A stretch of DNA of 64,000 nucleotides from Chrysomallon squamiferum (lineage: Eukaryota > Animalia > Mollusca): contig CM022676.1 in the NCBI GenBank assembly GCA_012295275.1, positions 10,044,001 to 10,108,000 on the forward strand. Direction: 5' to 3'. The translations under genes and the position numbers were made by a program. Positions within the stretch are counted from its first letter, which is position 1, and the number at the start of each line of letters is the position of its first letter. Of this stretch, positions 1-13,905 are shown piece after piece. The notes under the pieces are model-generated. The model was not told where the DNA came from. It did not search any database and was given only the letters and a program-made list of their open reading frames with translations.

Positions 1-590
1 TTTCTGTAATTTTAAAAATTAAAGATATTTAATTTCCTCTGTTTTGTGGAGGTTGTCTTCTGTTGGGATTTGGTGTCAGTTTAGATGAAAGGTTTTTTTT
101 TTTTGTCTTCAAAATATTCTTTATAATGTTAATAATTGAGACGTTTAATTTCTGTGTTAATTATTTTTGTATCAGCTGGTCCCTATTTTGTGATAATCTA
201 TATTTTGCAGGGTCCATATTTTGTTGTAGCTGTTAAGGGGTTATAAGATACAGTGCTTATTTATTTATTTATATTTTATTTTATTATTATTATTATTATA
301 TATCTGTCTATGTACGTATCTATTTGTCTGTCATATCTTATTTTATTATTATTATTATTATTTTTTTTTTATTATTATATATCTGTCTCTGTGTATGTAT
401 CTATCTATTTTTTATTTTATCTTAATATTATTAAAAAAAAAAAATAATTATTATTATTATTATTATTTTTTTAATTATTATATATCTGTCTCTGTGTATC
501 TATCTATCTATCTATCTAATTATCTATTTTTTAAAAAAAATTTGATATTTTATTATTATTGATTTTTAAAAAATTATATTATTATTATTA

Positions 591-646
<56 letters not shown>

Positions 647-689
647 ATTATTATTTTTATTATTACTATTATTTTAAAATACGTTTCAG

Positions 690-836
690 GTGTTTTGTAC
701 TATGTCTACATGGGAATGCTGGCTGTGTTTTGTACCAACGCTATCAACATTCTGTCTGGGATTAATGGTCTGGAAGTGGGTCAGGCATGGGTTATTGCTT
801 TTTCTGTCCTCATTCATAATCTGATGGAATTATCTG
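690..836 (+). CDS. DPAGT1: DPAGT1 internal exon
   Basis: ttcag|GTGTTTTG...TCTG|gtaatc; encodes [31 protein letters not shown]...LMELS. Confidence 0.95.
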
Positions 837-1560
837 GTAATCCAGCAGCAATTAAAATAATCTTTTAAAAAAAATATTTTATAAGTAACTTGGTTTAAAA
901 TATCTATTTCGAATTTCTTCTAGAAAGCCTAAATGTATTCAGTATACTTTTTTTTAATGTCAGTAATTATATTTGATTCTTATCATCAATCTTTTCTAAC
1001 AATAAAGTATGACTGTAAAATAACAAACTTGAATTTCATTTTTCGTTGTCATTTCAAAATGTTAAAAATTCATTACAGACTGAGTAAATCATGGCAAAAT
1101 GTGTTATATCCTCAGGCTGTTGTGATTTTGTTTTCAAAAATAATATAAATTTAAAAAATGTCGGTTTCGACATATCTTAAAATAAAAGTAGTTTATAAAT
1201 GTATCAGATGAAAATGACTAATGTTGTTCTAATTAAAAAATAACTTTATTCATATTATTGTAAGATTAATTTTTAAATTTTTGAGTCTTAATCAAAAAAT
1301 AGGAAATACCAGGTTCCATTCATATGAAATAAATAGTAAAATGTTTCATTTTGATCTCATAGAAATTAAATTTTATTCATATTATTGTAAGGTTTTTTTT
1401 TTGGTTTTTTTAGGTGATTATCGTCACCATCATGTTTTTTCCATGTATTTTTTGATGCCTTTCATTGGAGTTTGTACAGCTCTGCTTTTTTACAACTGGT
1501 AGGTCAGTTACATTTCAGTTAAATAGTAATATAATATTATTATTGTTATTGTTATTGTTA

Positions 1561-1592
<32 letters not shown>

Positions 1593-2058
1593 GTTATTAT
1601 TATGGTAGATCAGTTACATTTCAGTTAAACAGTAATATAACATTATTATTGTTATTGTTATTATTATTGTTGTTGTTGTTATTATTATTATTATTATTAT
1701 TGTAGGTGATTTACATTTCAATTAAATAGTAATATAACGTTATTATATTATTGTTGTTGTTGTTACCATTATTATTATTATTATTGTTACCATTATTATT
1801 ATTTTTGTTATTATTATTATTAATAATTATTACTGCTATTACTATTATTACTATAATCATCAGCATCATCATCATTATTATTATTATATTATCATCATTG
1901 TTATCATTATCATTAATATTATTATTATCATCATCAATATTACTATTATCATCATCATTATCATCACCATCATTATTATTGTCATCATCATTGCTATTAC
2001 TATTATTACTATTTATTATTATGATTTATTATTATTATTGTTATTATTATTATTATTA

Positions 2059-2089
<31 letters not shown>

Positions 2090-2358
2090 ACAATTAAAAG
2101 TATTAAAAGAAGATGGGTCATGGCTCAGTTAGTTAAGCAAGTCTGAGAGTTGTTAGGTTGTTCTATTATTCCTGCTTAACATTACACATGTAATGTATTT
2201 CCCATTCCAAACTGTGGCTCATAGCTCACTCAGAGATCACTGTTATGGGAAGACTGGTGTAAAAGACATCTTGTTCATGAAAAAGAGTAACTCGCGCAGA
2301 GTTGTAAAAGCTTTTCTTTCTTACATCAGCATTTAAACACTACATCCTTGTCATCAAC

Positions 2359-2389
<31 letters not shown>

Positions 2390-2582
2390 GTTGTTGGTGC
2401 TGTTTTTGTTATTGTGTTATTATTGTTATTTTTATTTTAATTTTATTTGTTTTTTTTATTGTTATTTTTATTTTTATTTTTGTTTTTTAATATTTTTCTT
2501 TATTTTTTTTTTATTTTTTTTTATTTTTTGTTCTTATTCTTGTTTTTTTTATTTATTTTTTTTTATTTTTTTTTTATATTTA

Positions 2583-2623
<41 letters not shown>

Positions 2624-2635
2624 TTATTATTATTA

Positions 2636-2666
<31 letters not shown>

Positions 2667-3180
2667 TTTATTTTTTTTATTTTTTTTATTTTTTATTATT
2701 ACTATTATTATTATTATTTTTTTTAAATTTTATTATTATATATATATATTTTTTTCCAGGTATCCCTCTCAAGTTTTCGTTGGTGACACGTTCTGCTATT
2801 TTTCCGGGATGACGTTTGCCGTGGTCGCCATCATCGGCCACTTCAGCAAGACGATGCTGCTTTTCTTCATCCCTCAGGTTGCCAACTTCATCTACTCTGT
2901 CCCCCAGCTGTTCAGACTGATCCCTTGTCCTAGACACAGATTACCGAGGTAAGCCGGATTAGTAAGGATTAGGATTAGTAAGAAGATTGTCATCCTGTAT
3001 TCAGATTAATGATACAGAGTTGTTATTATTTTTTTTTTTTTAGTTCCTTTTATTATTGTTGTTGCTGTTTTTGATGATGCTGATGTTGTTGTTGTTGGTA
3101 CTGTTATTGTTTTGTATCATCATCATCATTTTTATTGATGTTTTTGTTTTTGTTGGGTTACCATCATCGTTATAACTGTA

Positions 3181-3211
<31 letters not shown>

Positions 3212-3390
3212 TATTACTGTTGTTCTTGTTGTTCTTGTTGATCTTTTGTCATTATTAGTATTATTATTATTACTATGATAAGATAACATGCTAAATTTAT
3301 TATTATTACTTATTGTTATATATTTCTTATTACAATTATATTTTATTAATATATATTATCTGTATGGTGGTTGGATGTGTGTGTGTGTGC

Positions 3391-3475
<85 letters not shown>

Positions 3476-4460
3476 GGATAACATGAATAACTGTTAAAAA
3501 AAAATTGTTTTTGAATTTATAAATACGATGATATCCTGCATGTGTATTTTATTTGATATAAACAGTCTTATTAGAGTTATCAACAGTCAGTGTTTAAAAT
3601 ATATTTTATATCTGCATGTTACAGATACAACAGCAAAACAGACAAGGTGGAAATGAGTTTTACCAGATTTAAGAAAAAGGAGCTGGGCTTTCTCGGTCGA
3701 ACGTGTATAAAATTGTACAAGATGTGTTTTGTACTTCATTTTAAAAAGAACAATTCTGGAGAAGATGGCGAATTCATGGAGTGTAACAATTTTACTCTGA
3801 TTAATTTAGTTATCAGATTTCTTGGGCCTCTTCATGAAAGAACCCTTGTTATTATTTTGTTAATGATACAAGTAAGTAAAATTGTTTTTATTTAGTAGTG
3901 TGTGTGTGTGTGTGTGTGTGCGTGTGTAAACATTAGGTGTATGTATGTGGTTGTGTGTGCTTATTATTATTTAGTGTTAAAATTCCTGGGTCCATTTATG
4001 ACACAACTTTGAAAATGATCTGTTTACTGAAGCTGCAGATAGCAGATTTATGAATGTGAAAATTTAACATTTAATATAAAAAGTGTTTAGATACTGTTTT
4101 ATCACTTTTCATTTATTCAGAAAATTACAGTGTTTTTTAGTTTTGAAATCTTAATAATAACAATGATTTTTTTTTTTTGTATTAATTATAATAATAATAT
4201 TCCTTTACATGACGTTCCAAAACCTAAAAATTTTTCAGCTGAAATGAATTTTTGATTTAAGAATGATTTGAGTGTCAATTATTATTTTTACAATGATAAT
4301 TAAATCATTTTTATTTTTTATTTTTATTTAAATTTTTGTATTATTTATTTTTATTTAAATTTTTGTATTTTTTTTTTTTTTTTTTGAATTTCAGGTTATC
4401 TGCAGTATTATTGCTTTGTTGATTCGCTATCAACTTTCTCGTCTTTTCTACGATTCCTAG
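690..4460 (+). CDS. DPAGT1: UDP-GlcNAc:dolichyl-phosphate GlcNAc-1-phosphotransferase, 3' part (5' exons lie upstream of the window)
   Basis: Exons 690-836, 1414-1498, 2760-2948, 3625-3871 and 4395-4460 have GT-AG junctions with consistent phases. They encode [65 protein letters not shown] and [12 protein letters not shown], which are hallmark DPAGT1/ALG7 motifs. Confidence 0.96.
1414..1498 (+). CDS. DPAGT1: DPAGT1 internal exon
   Basis: tttag|GTGAT...AACTG|gtaggt; encodes [28 protein letters not shown]. Confidence 0.93.
2113..2350 (+). mobile_element. degenerate tRNA-derived SINE-like remnant
   Basis: Starts with an A-box-like tggctcagttagttaagc. The body (tatttcccattcca...ctgttatggga...taaaagacatcttg...aaaagagtaactc...gcttttctttct) resembles the reverse complement of 35655-35860 and, from recall only, a gastropod SINE core. 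Confidence 0.4.
2760..2948 (+). CDS. DPAGT1: DPAGT1 internal exon (catalytic FVGDT motif)
   Basis: tccag|GTATCCC...CCGAG|gtaagc; encodes [39 protein letters not shown]...PCPRHRLPR. Confidence 0.96.
3625..3871 (+). CDS. DPAGT1: DPAGT1 internal exon
   Basis: tacag|ATAC...ATACAA|gtaagt; encodes [11 protein letters not shown]...[31 protein letters not shown]. Confidence 0.94.
4395..4460 (+). CDS. DPAGT1: DPAGT1 terminal coding exon
   Basis: ttcag|GTTATC...TCCTAG; encodes [21 protein letters not shown]. Confidence 0.93.
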   Translation, partial: VICSIIALLIRYQLSRLFYDS

Positions 4461-4784
4461 TGAAATGAAGGAGAAAAAGAAGAAAAGAAACCAACACCAC
4501 TCCCCCAAATTTCAATGTATTTTATGTAGCACCATTTTCAAAAACCCAGATAAACATTCAAAACCATTCATATTTAAGTGTACGGACTTGAAAAGAGATT
4601 ATTTACACGAACCTCCAAGTTATTCTTTTATTATATAGATTGCCAATCTTTGCTAATAATAAAGGATGATATTAAAATACCTAGCTAATAAAAAATCGTC
4701 TAAGAATGTATGGAGAATGACACTTTCCATTTTTTATCATTTTTATCATGACTTTATTTTGTACAGAAATGTTGAAATCATAAA

Positions 4785-5000
4785 AGACTGAGCGAGTCAA
4801 TGAAAAAGGTTGGTGTATACTAAGTCTGTCAGGAGTTTTTATGATTACTTGGAAAAGAGACTCAAGACAGACTAAGTGAATCATTGAAATGTTTGCTCTG
4901 TACTAAATCTGTTAGGGATTTTTGTTTTGTTTATCTCTATAACATAATCATGAGAGACTGAGTGAATAAATTGGTACTGTTTACTAAGTCTGTTAGGAAT
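4785..5000. repeat. degenerate tandem repeat, about 3 copies, downstream of the DPAGT1 stop
   Basis: Recurring agactgagygartnaat...tactaagtctgttagga. Confidence 0.6.
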
Positions 5001-5494
5001 TTTTTGCATACCTGTACATAAAACAAAAGCAAAGAACATGTTCTTTATAAAAGAAGAAGAACTTCTGTATCATCTTCTAGATTTAGCACTTTAATATCGT
5101 ACTTTATTTTTAGCAAAGGTTGGACAAAATTTAACTAGGTGTTATAACATGTATTTAGGTCATTTATTCGTACCACAAACTTATACTTTTAATGATCCTT
5201 CTTTCTTACAAACAGACATTATTTTTAATTTTTGATACTGTATTTCTTACAGAGTTTGACAATTTACATACTTTGTTCTATTCATTGGATTAGTTGGGAT
5301 TAAGATGACCTGATTGTTTTTGACAGTTTTAGAAATTATTATAATCATAATCTTGTCATTACGTCTCTTGTAGCTTTTAGTCTCCGATTGTATGTGAGTA
5401 TTTGAATATTTGATTTGTTTATGAAATAATTATATCAGAATCATCAAATTATAGCTAAGATGATGTTATTAATTAACACATAGTTTCTTTTTTT

Positions 5495-5765
5495 GTGTGT
5501 GTGTGTGTAAATAATTATGCATATATGTTAGTATATATGTGTGTGTATGTGTGTGTGTGTAAATAATTATGCATATATGCATATATTAATGTTAGTATAT
5601 GTGTGTGTGTGTGTGTGTGTAAATAATTATGCATATATGCATATATTAATGTTATATATATATGCATATATGCATATATTAATGTTAGTGTGTGTTGTGT
5701 GTGTGTGTGTAAATAATTATGCATATATTAATGTTAGTATATATGTGTGTGTGTGTGTGTGTGTT
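5495..5765. repeat. minisatellite of (TG)n-taaataattatgcatatatgcatatattaatgttag units
   Basis: At least 4 visible copies. Confidence 0.75.
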
Positions 5766-6709
5766 TTTATACATGTATGGATATGTATTAGAATGATTAT
5801 GCATTTATGCGTATATCAGTGTATATACATGTTTGTGTATGTGTCTGAATTTGCATTTGAATTATTTTATGTGCGGTGAGTGTGCATGTAAGTGCATGTG
5901 TATGTATGTTTGTATGTATGTACGTACTACTTGCATCTGTCTGTAACTGTTTGTTGTGATATCAGATTAAGGTTTTCTTTTTTCTCTCTCACGATATGAA
6001 GTATTAAGTATGAAGTATTTCTGACTAAAGCTTTTTAGTTCAGAGACAGAGAGAGGTATGGCCATTCCATTTTATTATTTTTATGATTTTTCATTTTATT
6101 TGGTGTAGAATTTTTGTCCTGGGATGGACAGGACTAATGAGGATAATTTTGAAAAATATATCGATCAGTGTGTACTCGTAGAGATGTTAATCAAAAGAAA
6201 TTTTACAAAATATATAATCATCTCCCTTTCTGTCTTATTAATTTTAAATATGTGTGTGTGTGTGTCTGACTGTCTGTCTGTGTGTTTGTGTGTTTGTGTG
6301 TGTACAGTATGCACACTATGGCACAGTCACTTTTGAAATGATGCATTGGTGTGTTTACTTCATGTGTTGAAAATAATGTGTTTGTGTCTAGTGTTTTAAT
6401 CACTGTTTCGGTATACTTTTAATTTTCTTTTTTAATTTTCACATGATTATTCTTGTTAAAGATTAAAATTACTGTACCAAAATTAGTGTGCATAAAAAAA
6501 AAAAAAAATATTGCTTAGGGAATGAAGAGTAATAAATGAACATGTTGATACCACAAAATCTTGCAATTAAAAAAAAAAAAAAATAATTTTTAATTCTATA
6601 TGTTGTAAATAATATCTATGTACTTTTTAGAATATGCCTGACTTAAATATAAAAGTGTTTTTTTTGTGTTTTTTTAAATTTGCAGGCCAAATCTTTTCTT
6701 TGTGGAAGG

Positions 6710-6771
<62 letters not shown>

Positions 6772-8689
6772 ATAAAATGTTACCAATTTTTATACCATTT
6801 TTGTTTTTGCTTGAGTAATAATTCAGTCACAAAATCTCAAATTTAGTAATGTTTGACATTGTTAATTAACATTTTGTACATACATAAACTTCCTTAATAT
6901 ATTAGCAAATGTTTCTCCTGTAATTATCGGTGAGAGTAAGCTCTCTTGATACCAGTAGGAGTAAACCCTTGACATGAATAGGATTGACATTTTAATATCA
7001 GTAGAAGTTACTTCTTGACATAGGTATGAGCAACTTATTAATAACAATAGGAATAAGCCCTTGATAAGGATAGGACTGACATTTTGATATAAATAAAAAT
7101 GACTTCTTAGGGTTAGAAGGAGTAACCCCTTGATTTAAATAAGAAAGATTTTGATGTCAGTAGAAATATCCTCTGTGGTGCCAGCAAAAATAACCTCTCT
7201 TGATTGAATCATTATCCTATATATATATATATATATATTTTAAATGTTTTGGTTTCTAGTCATTAACTGCCATTTGGAACTGGAAATATTAACTGCTTCA
7301 TAAAGTTGATTAGACACATTTTATTATAACCTTTATAGATTAATGGATATCTTTCTTTGTAGTGGATATTCCTAGGTTTTTTTTTTTAAAAAGCAAATAT
7401 TTAGCCTTGCATACGCAGTGCTTTGCTATAATACAGGCACAACGAGAATACTTCTGTTTTTATTTTTGTTTTTGTTGTTGTTTTTTTAATAATCTGTTGT
7501 TATTGTAATTTGTTTTATGTTATTCTTAGCCACGATTGTGTGTGTTGAGATAGTTGAAATGTGTCTGGTATAATTTCATTTAGTTTTTTTTTTTTATTGA
7601 TTGTTGTGGACAACCTTTTCTAATAATAAAGTATAACAATTATAGAAAATGTGAAACTCAGTTTATTTAATTGTTCAGATTTTTAAAAAAGTTTATTATA
7701 TGTTGTCAACATTTTGTAATAATATAGAAAGACAATTGTTCACTTTATATACTTCTTGCCATTTTTTAATATTATTAAATTCAAACTTTTCTGATAACAA
7801 AGTTCAGCAATAATATTTAAACAGAAACATTCATTCTATATTCTTCTTATCTTTTTTAAAATTATTATTAAATTCAAAATGTTCTGATAATAAAGTTCAA
7901 CAATAACATTTAAAGAAAAGCATTCATTCTGTATTCATGACTTTTTAATTATTATTAAATTCAAGATAGAAAGATTGAAATGCTCATTTTTGTTTATATA
8001 ATTTGCCAACCTTTTCTAAAAACGAAGTATAAAAAATTAATTTTGTTCATTTCTATTTATAGGTTTATTTGTATAATGTTTATAAATACCAAACTCTCAT
8101 TTTCTATATTGTTACATATGTAACTACATACATACATACATACATACATACATACACATATACACTCGAGCTCAATCTTTACTGATGATAAAGTAAGTGT
8201 ACTAATAATATTGAAAGTCAAATGTTTATTTTGTACATTTCTTACGATTGGGTTATTTATTTATTTACTCAACCTTTGTTAATCATAAAGTATAACAATG
8301 ATGTGGAAATTCTCATACATTTGTGGAAGATGCTGCTATACTGCTCTGTCACATGTTCATTTTTACTTATTGTACTTGGTACTTAATTATGTTATTTTTA
8401 GAAAATAAATTTCATTTAATTTTTTTTTTTTTTTTTTATATTTTTTCTTTTTTTGAGGAATTTTTTTATTTCTGACTTTTTTATTTTATTACTGAAGAAT
8501 TTGATTCAAGTTTTTGTACCGTTTATTATTTTGATAACTGATTTTAGAATCATGTAGACGTTGTCTGAAGTATTTCATACTTGCGATTATATGAAAATAA
8601 ATAAATAAATAAATTAATTAATGAATTAGTATTGAGACAAAAAGGAACAATGGAATAAAAATTATCTAAATTATGTGTGAGTTTTTCTG

Positions 8690-8840
8690 CTTGAATACAA
8701 AATTGGGTTTTAATATTTGAATACAAAGGTTTTTTTTTTTATATACTTCATTATAAAATTGGGTTTTAATATTTGAATACAAAGGTGTTTTTTTATATAC
8801 TTCATTATAAAAGTGGGTTTTAATATTTAAATGCAAAGGT
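8690..8840. repeat. tandem repeat, about 55-57 bp unit
   Basis: aaattgggttttaatatttgaatacaaagg...tatacttcattat, about 3 copies. Confidence 0.75.
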
Positions 8841-9578
8841 ATGTTTTAAAATGTTTGAATGTAAATGTGGGTGAAATTACTGTTCAAATATTTCTGACAC
8901 ATCAACTGCCCTGTTTGTGAATTATTTAAATTTTAATTGCTGTAATTTGTAAAGTGCAATATTCTGTATGTCACATTTGTTCCATTGTTGTTAGTGAGCA
9001 CAAAAAAAGATGTAGAAAAAATAAAAAAAAAAAAAAAAAAAAAAAATAAAAATAAAGAAGAAAAATTAATAGTTTTGAAAATGGATGTAGAATTTCAATA
9101 AATCATAATAAACTTTTAACTGAATTGTTTTGTCTTTTTTATTTTTATTTTTTTTATTTGAGTTAGTATTATGTAGCAAATTAACAATAGTTTTTTTTCT
9201 GTTGAATATTCTTGTGTCTGTTATTTATAATATAGTTTCAAATAAAATAATCCTAACAGTGATTTGCATTCTGTTCATATTTTGGGTGTTTTTATTTATT
9301 AACATTATTATAATTATTTTCGTAACTTATTATATTATTACCATATAAAAATAATAATAAAATTATTATTATTATTAATTAATTAATTTATTATATTTAT
9401 CATTTTTACAATCAACCATTTCTTTAAATGCATATAAATAAAGAAATAAATAAATATAAAATAAAAATTGAAATGAGGTCTGTTGATACTGACTATTCAA
9501 GTTAACAATAAAGACTTATATATTTTTACACACAATCAAAATAGAACAAAACATAAAAATGATTGTAGCATTTTATTA

Positions 9579-9611
<33 letters not shown>

Positions 9612-10238
9612 ATAATTTTTTTTTTTATTTTCAAATGTGAGAAATGATTGAAAAAACACAACCATTCTTAAATAAACACATACAAAGTATAATAATGTAC
9701 ATATTTATATATTTATATTTTTGCGTTGCTGCCATGACAAGATGCTTTTCAGTATTTCGTTCCTAACAATTAATGGCTGGCTTAATCACACTCCCCATTT
9801 CTTCTCAAACACCAAAACTAAAAGCAAATTAAATAAATAAATAAATATTTAAATTTCCCATGCTGTTATTAACTGAATCCATGAGAATAAAAATTCTGCA
9901 TGAAATAAATAAGTAAATAAATGAATAAAATAAAATAAATCTGCATAGGACATCAATCAGTATGTAAATACTTTATAAATAATACAACAAGAATTAAGTT
10001 TGGACAAATATGTCAAATTAAAGCAGACAGTAAGATTCAAATTTAGAAAACAAAACAGATTTGACCTGCCAAGTTAAATATTTAAAAAATTTTTTTTTTT
10101 TTTATTTTTTATTTTTTTTAAATATAAAATTAAACTAGCCAATAAGAATTAAGTTCAGAAAAAAAAAAATAAATAAATAAATTAAAAAAATCTGAATTTA
10201 GCCATGCTATCAGCATCAAGATTAGAAAATAGATAGTC

Positions 10239-10470
10239 AAAGCCAGCCAATGGGAACTGAGTTTAGAAAATACAGCTGTTAAAGCCAGCCAATGGGAACG
10301 GAGTTTAGAAAATACAGCTGTTAAAGCCAGCCAATGGGAACGGAGTTTAGAAAACAGAGCAGTTAAAGCCAGCCAATGGGAACGGAGTTTAGAAAACAGA
10401 GTAGTTAAAGCCAGCCAATGGGAATGGAGTTTAGAAAACAGAGCTGACTAAACCAGCCAATGAGAAAGTA
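10239..10470. repeat. 42-bp minisatellite with one CCAAT box per unit
   Basis: Unit aaagccagccaatgggaacggagtttagaaaa(t/c)a(c/g)agc(t/a)gtt starts at 10239, 10281, 10323, 10365, 10407 and about 10449. Confidence 0.9.
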
Positions 10471-10715
10471 TCTTGTCATGGCATCTGTAATTTTTCAAGA
10501 AGTAAAATGGATATCTAAATTTTTTTTTTAAAAGCACAAAAGATTATCTTAGTATTTATAGCACAAATAGGAAATTAACCTTTATTTTGTAAGCATAGAG
10601 AATTAATTTATAATCTGGAACAAACATTTTTTTATAAGAATATTATACAAGTAACATTTTAAATAGGTTAAGTGTTCCACTCACTCAAATGTTAATCAGA
10701 ATTTTAGGTATTACG

Positions 10716-10746
<31 letters not shown>

Positions 10747-11207
10747 TTGTGTGTGATAAAGATATATATTTATATGTGTGTACACACACACACACACACA
10801 CAAGCACAAACACAGTCATACTCATTATATATATTCACCAAATTTCACCAAGGAAAGAAAAAATAAAAAAGTGACAGAATAAATCTATAAATCGGGATTA
10901 TTCTTGGTCTTGGCAAAAAATTAAGCTTTATTATTAGACAGAACTGAAAACTATAAATTAATTATTTACTCTAATTAATTAAATAGGTGAATTTTATATA
11001 TAGTATTTTTATTCCAGTATTACTTTTTTTTCTGATTAATTTTGGTGGTTTGTTGGTAATTTTCTAATTATTTTACATAATTTTACACACACACACACAC
11101 ATATAAACATATATAAATAATTATATATATTTTGTGTGTGTTTGTATATATACCTATATATATATATAAAATATACATACATACTCACAAATATATATCT
11201 CCACACA

Positions 11208-11250
<43 letters not shown>

Positions 11251-12203
11251 CATATATATATATCAGAAATATTTTATAATAGAAAACAAGAAGACTCTGT
11301 TAAATGATTAGAATTTTTGATGCACACATTCAAACATTAAATCCCTTTTGTTTTTAATTTTTTTTTATTTAGTTAAAAAAAAAAAAAAAAAAATGAAAAT
11401 TGAAAAAAGTTTTCATTTGATGGATCATTTCTGAAATATAATTTCTATGTACAAGATTTTTTAATCATACAATTTTATAAAATTACTTTAAGTAGGTGAA
11501 TTTTTCATGAAATCATAAATTTATGATTGTTGTGCATGATGGGAATTAAATGATTCGATGACTGAAATCTGATTTTTATCATCAACACCTTCATAGTCAG
11601 AATCATTATCATCTTCATCATCATAATCATCATCTACAATAATTAAGTCATAAATAAATTTATATAAATTAATAACCTGATTTACATAGTTAAAAATGGT
11701 AAAGTTTGCTAGAAAAAAAATTTCAAGTAAAAAGCAAGTATAAATTATTAGTACTAATAATATTAACTAAAATTCTGAATTTCTAAAACTATTCTCTAAA
11801 ATACATTGTTAATACATAATCAGAATTATTTATCAAAAGCTGTATGCATTGTGTGTGTATGTATTTTTTGTATGTAAACATACGTGTATCTATGTATGTA
11901 TGTATGTATGTATGTATGTATGTATGTACAATTGAGCTACTTTTGTTTGTACAAAACTTACATACACATTTATTTTTCCATTCATGTACATTTTGTTCAG
12001 TCCATACACTTGGCTGTATGTATGTCTGTACATCTGTCAAAATTACAAACTTTGTTTCACTGATTAGTCTGGTCAAAATCATATATATATATATATATGA
12101 AACATAGAAACAAATACATGTTTTATTTACAAAAAAATATATAAATGAAAAGAATTTAACTAACTGGCAGTACATAACATGATACACTTACTCTCATACA
12201 ATC

Positions 12204-12247
<44 letters not shown>

Positions 12248-13027
12248 ACATGTATGTGTACATGTATATGTATATGTATTTATGTACGTACGTCTCTATG
12301 TATGAATGTATACTTGAATGTACCCTTACTTCTGTTCTATTTTAATTTGTCAGCACCAAAAATAATAAATTTAAAAAAATATTTGATTATTAAATAGTTT
12401 GTTTTTCTACTGAATGTAAGCAGCTTGGGTTAGGTAATTCAAAACATTTACAGATGTGTTGTTCGAATGAATAAGTTAATTAAATAGGATTACACTGTGA
12501 AGGTGGCCTGATTAGAAAAAAAATAAGAAAATATGGAAGTTGTAGTAGTAGTAGTAGTAGTAGTAGTAACAGCAGTAATAGTAGTAGAAGTAACAATAAT
12601 AATGATAGTAATTTGAATTATTAACGTTACAACTTTATTTATGACTTAAAACTTAAGATTAAAAAAAGAAAGAAAACTAAATTAGAAAATAATGTCAAAT
12701 GTTCTAATGTAGTATCATTGTTAAATTTCATTTTAAACATTTTCAAACTGAATTAATTAATATTATTTCTTCAAACTGTTTTAAGATAATCAAAACATAG
12801 CCTGTATTTAAATTTTAACTTATTATTATTATTATTATTTTTTAAATAAAAATAAGAAATTAAAGAAAACATTAAAATGTGTCGGTGCTTTCACAAAAAG
12901 ATGGAACCCCACCACTACAGCTGAGAAATCAGAAACTGTCTATTGAACTAGTAACCACAGTAACAAAAGTGAAATGTGTGTAATCCTGGGTGTTACCTTT
13001 ACCACAGATACAAAAGTCAAAAGTACT

Positions 13028-13122
13028 GTTACCACAGCAACAAAAGTGAAAAGAGAAAAAACTGTCTGCAAACCGTTGCCGTGGCAACAAGAGTGAGAAA
13101 GAAAAACTGTTGCCATGGAAAC
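13028..13122. promoter_or_regulatory. cluster of three RFX X-box-like palindromes
   Basis: GTTACCACAGCAAC 13028-13041, GTTGCCGTGGCAAC 13075-13088, GTTGCCATGGAAAC 13109-13122; motif match only. Confidence 0.4.
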
Positions 13123-13290
13123 AAAAAAAACAAAAAAAGAAAAGAAAAAGATTTCAGTAAACACTGTGTTTGATGAACACTTGTTTTCTGTTTGAGACTT
13201 CCAACATTAACAAAAATCTGTACAGTGATGAATGGAAATATAAACTGAATAATTGTAAATAATAATAAAAAATACATTTAAGATATTTAA

Positions 13291-13338
<48 letters not shown>

Positions 13339-13874
13339 GAAAATGATAATAATTCCAATAGATATGAGTTGGTGTAAGAAAATTATAAAGATGCTGAACT
13401 ACTGTGGAAATATACAGATGTGCTGTTAAATATTTAACACACACACACACACACAGACACACACACACACACATACAGCAGTAAGAAATAATACACATCT
13501 ATTTTTTATCGTAAACAACTAAATATTGTCTCAAAAGCATTCAGATTCTGTTTACAAAATATCTGGAACTGCCATTTACTAATAATTTTATCATCGTTCT
13601 AAATCTATATTAAAATTAAAAAAAAATTATAAAAGGAAGAGGAATTAATAAAGAAATGTAAGTAAATTATTGTATGTACAAGTAAAATAAAATAATTTAC
13701 ATGTATTTCTTTATTTTTTGTACTCTGATTAGCATTGAGGTTAAAGTCTTTCTGATGGGATGTTTCAAATATATGCACATATGTATACATGAACCCAAAT
13801 ATTCACATACACAGCAAAAAATAAATAAAGAAAGAAAGAAAGAAAGAAAGAAAATAAAAGAATAAATAAATAAA

Positions 13875-13905
<31 letters not shown>

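Noticed and set aside
2686-2937. 83-aa minus-strand ORF
   Set aside because: It is the antisense shadow of the GC-rich DPAGT1 exon 2760-2948.
4658-4692. AATAAA poly(A) signals after DPAGT1
   Set aside because: The hexamer is ubiquitous in this AT-rich DNA, so the real site cannot be chosen without 3'-end data.
10239-10470. CRISPR-like appearance of the regular 37-42 bp repeats (also 15878-16335, 25728-26130, 34015-34275)
   Set aside because: Head-to-tail units without unique spacers, no cas genes, and a eukaryotic context: these are minisatellites.
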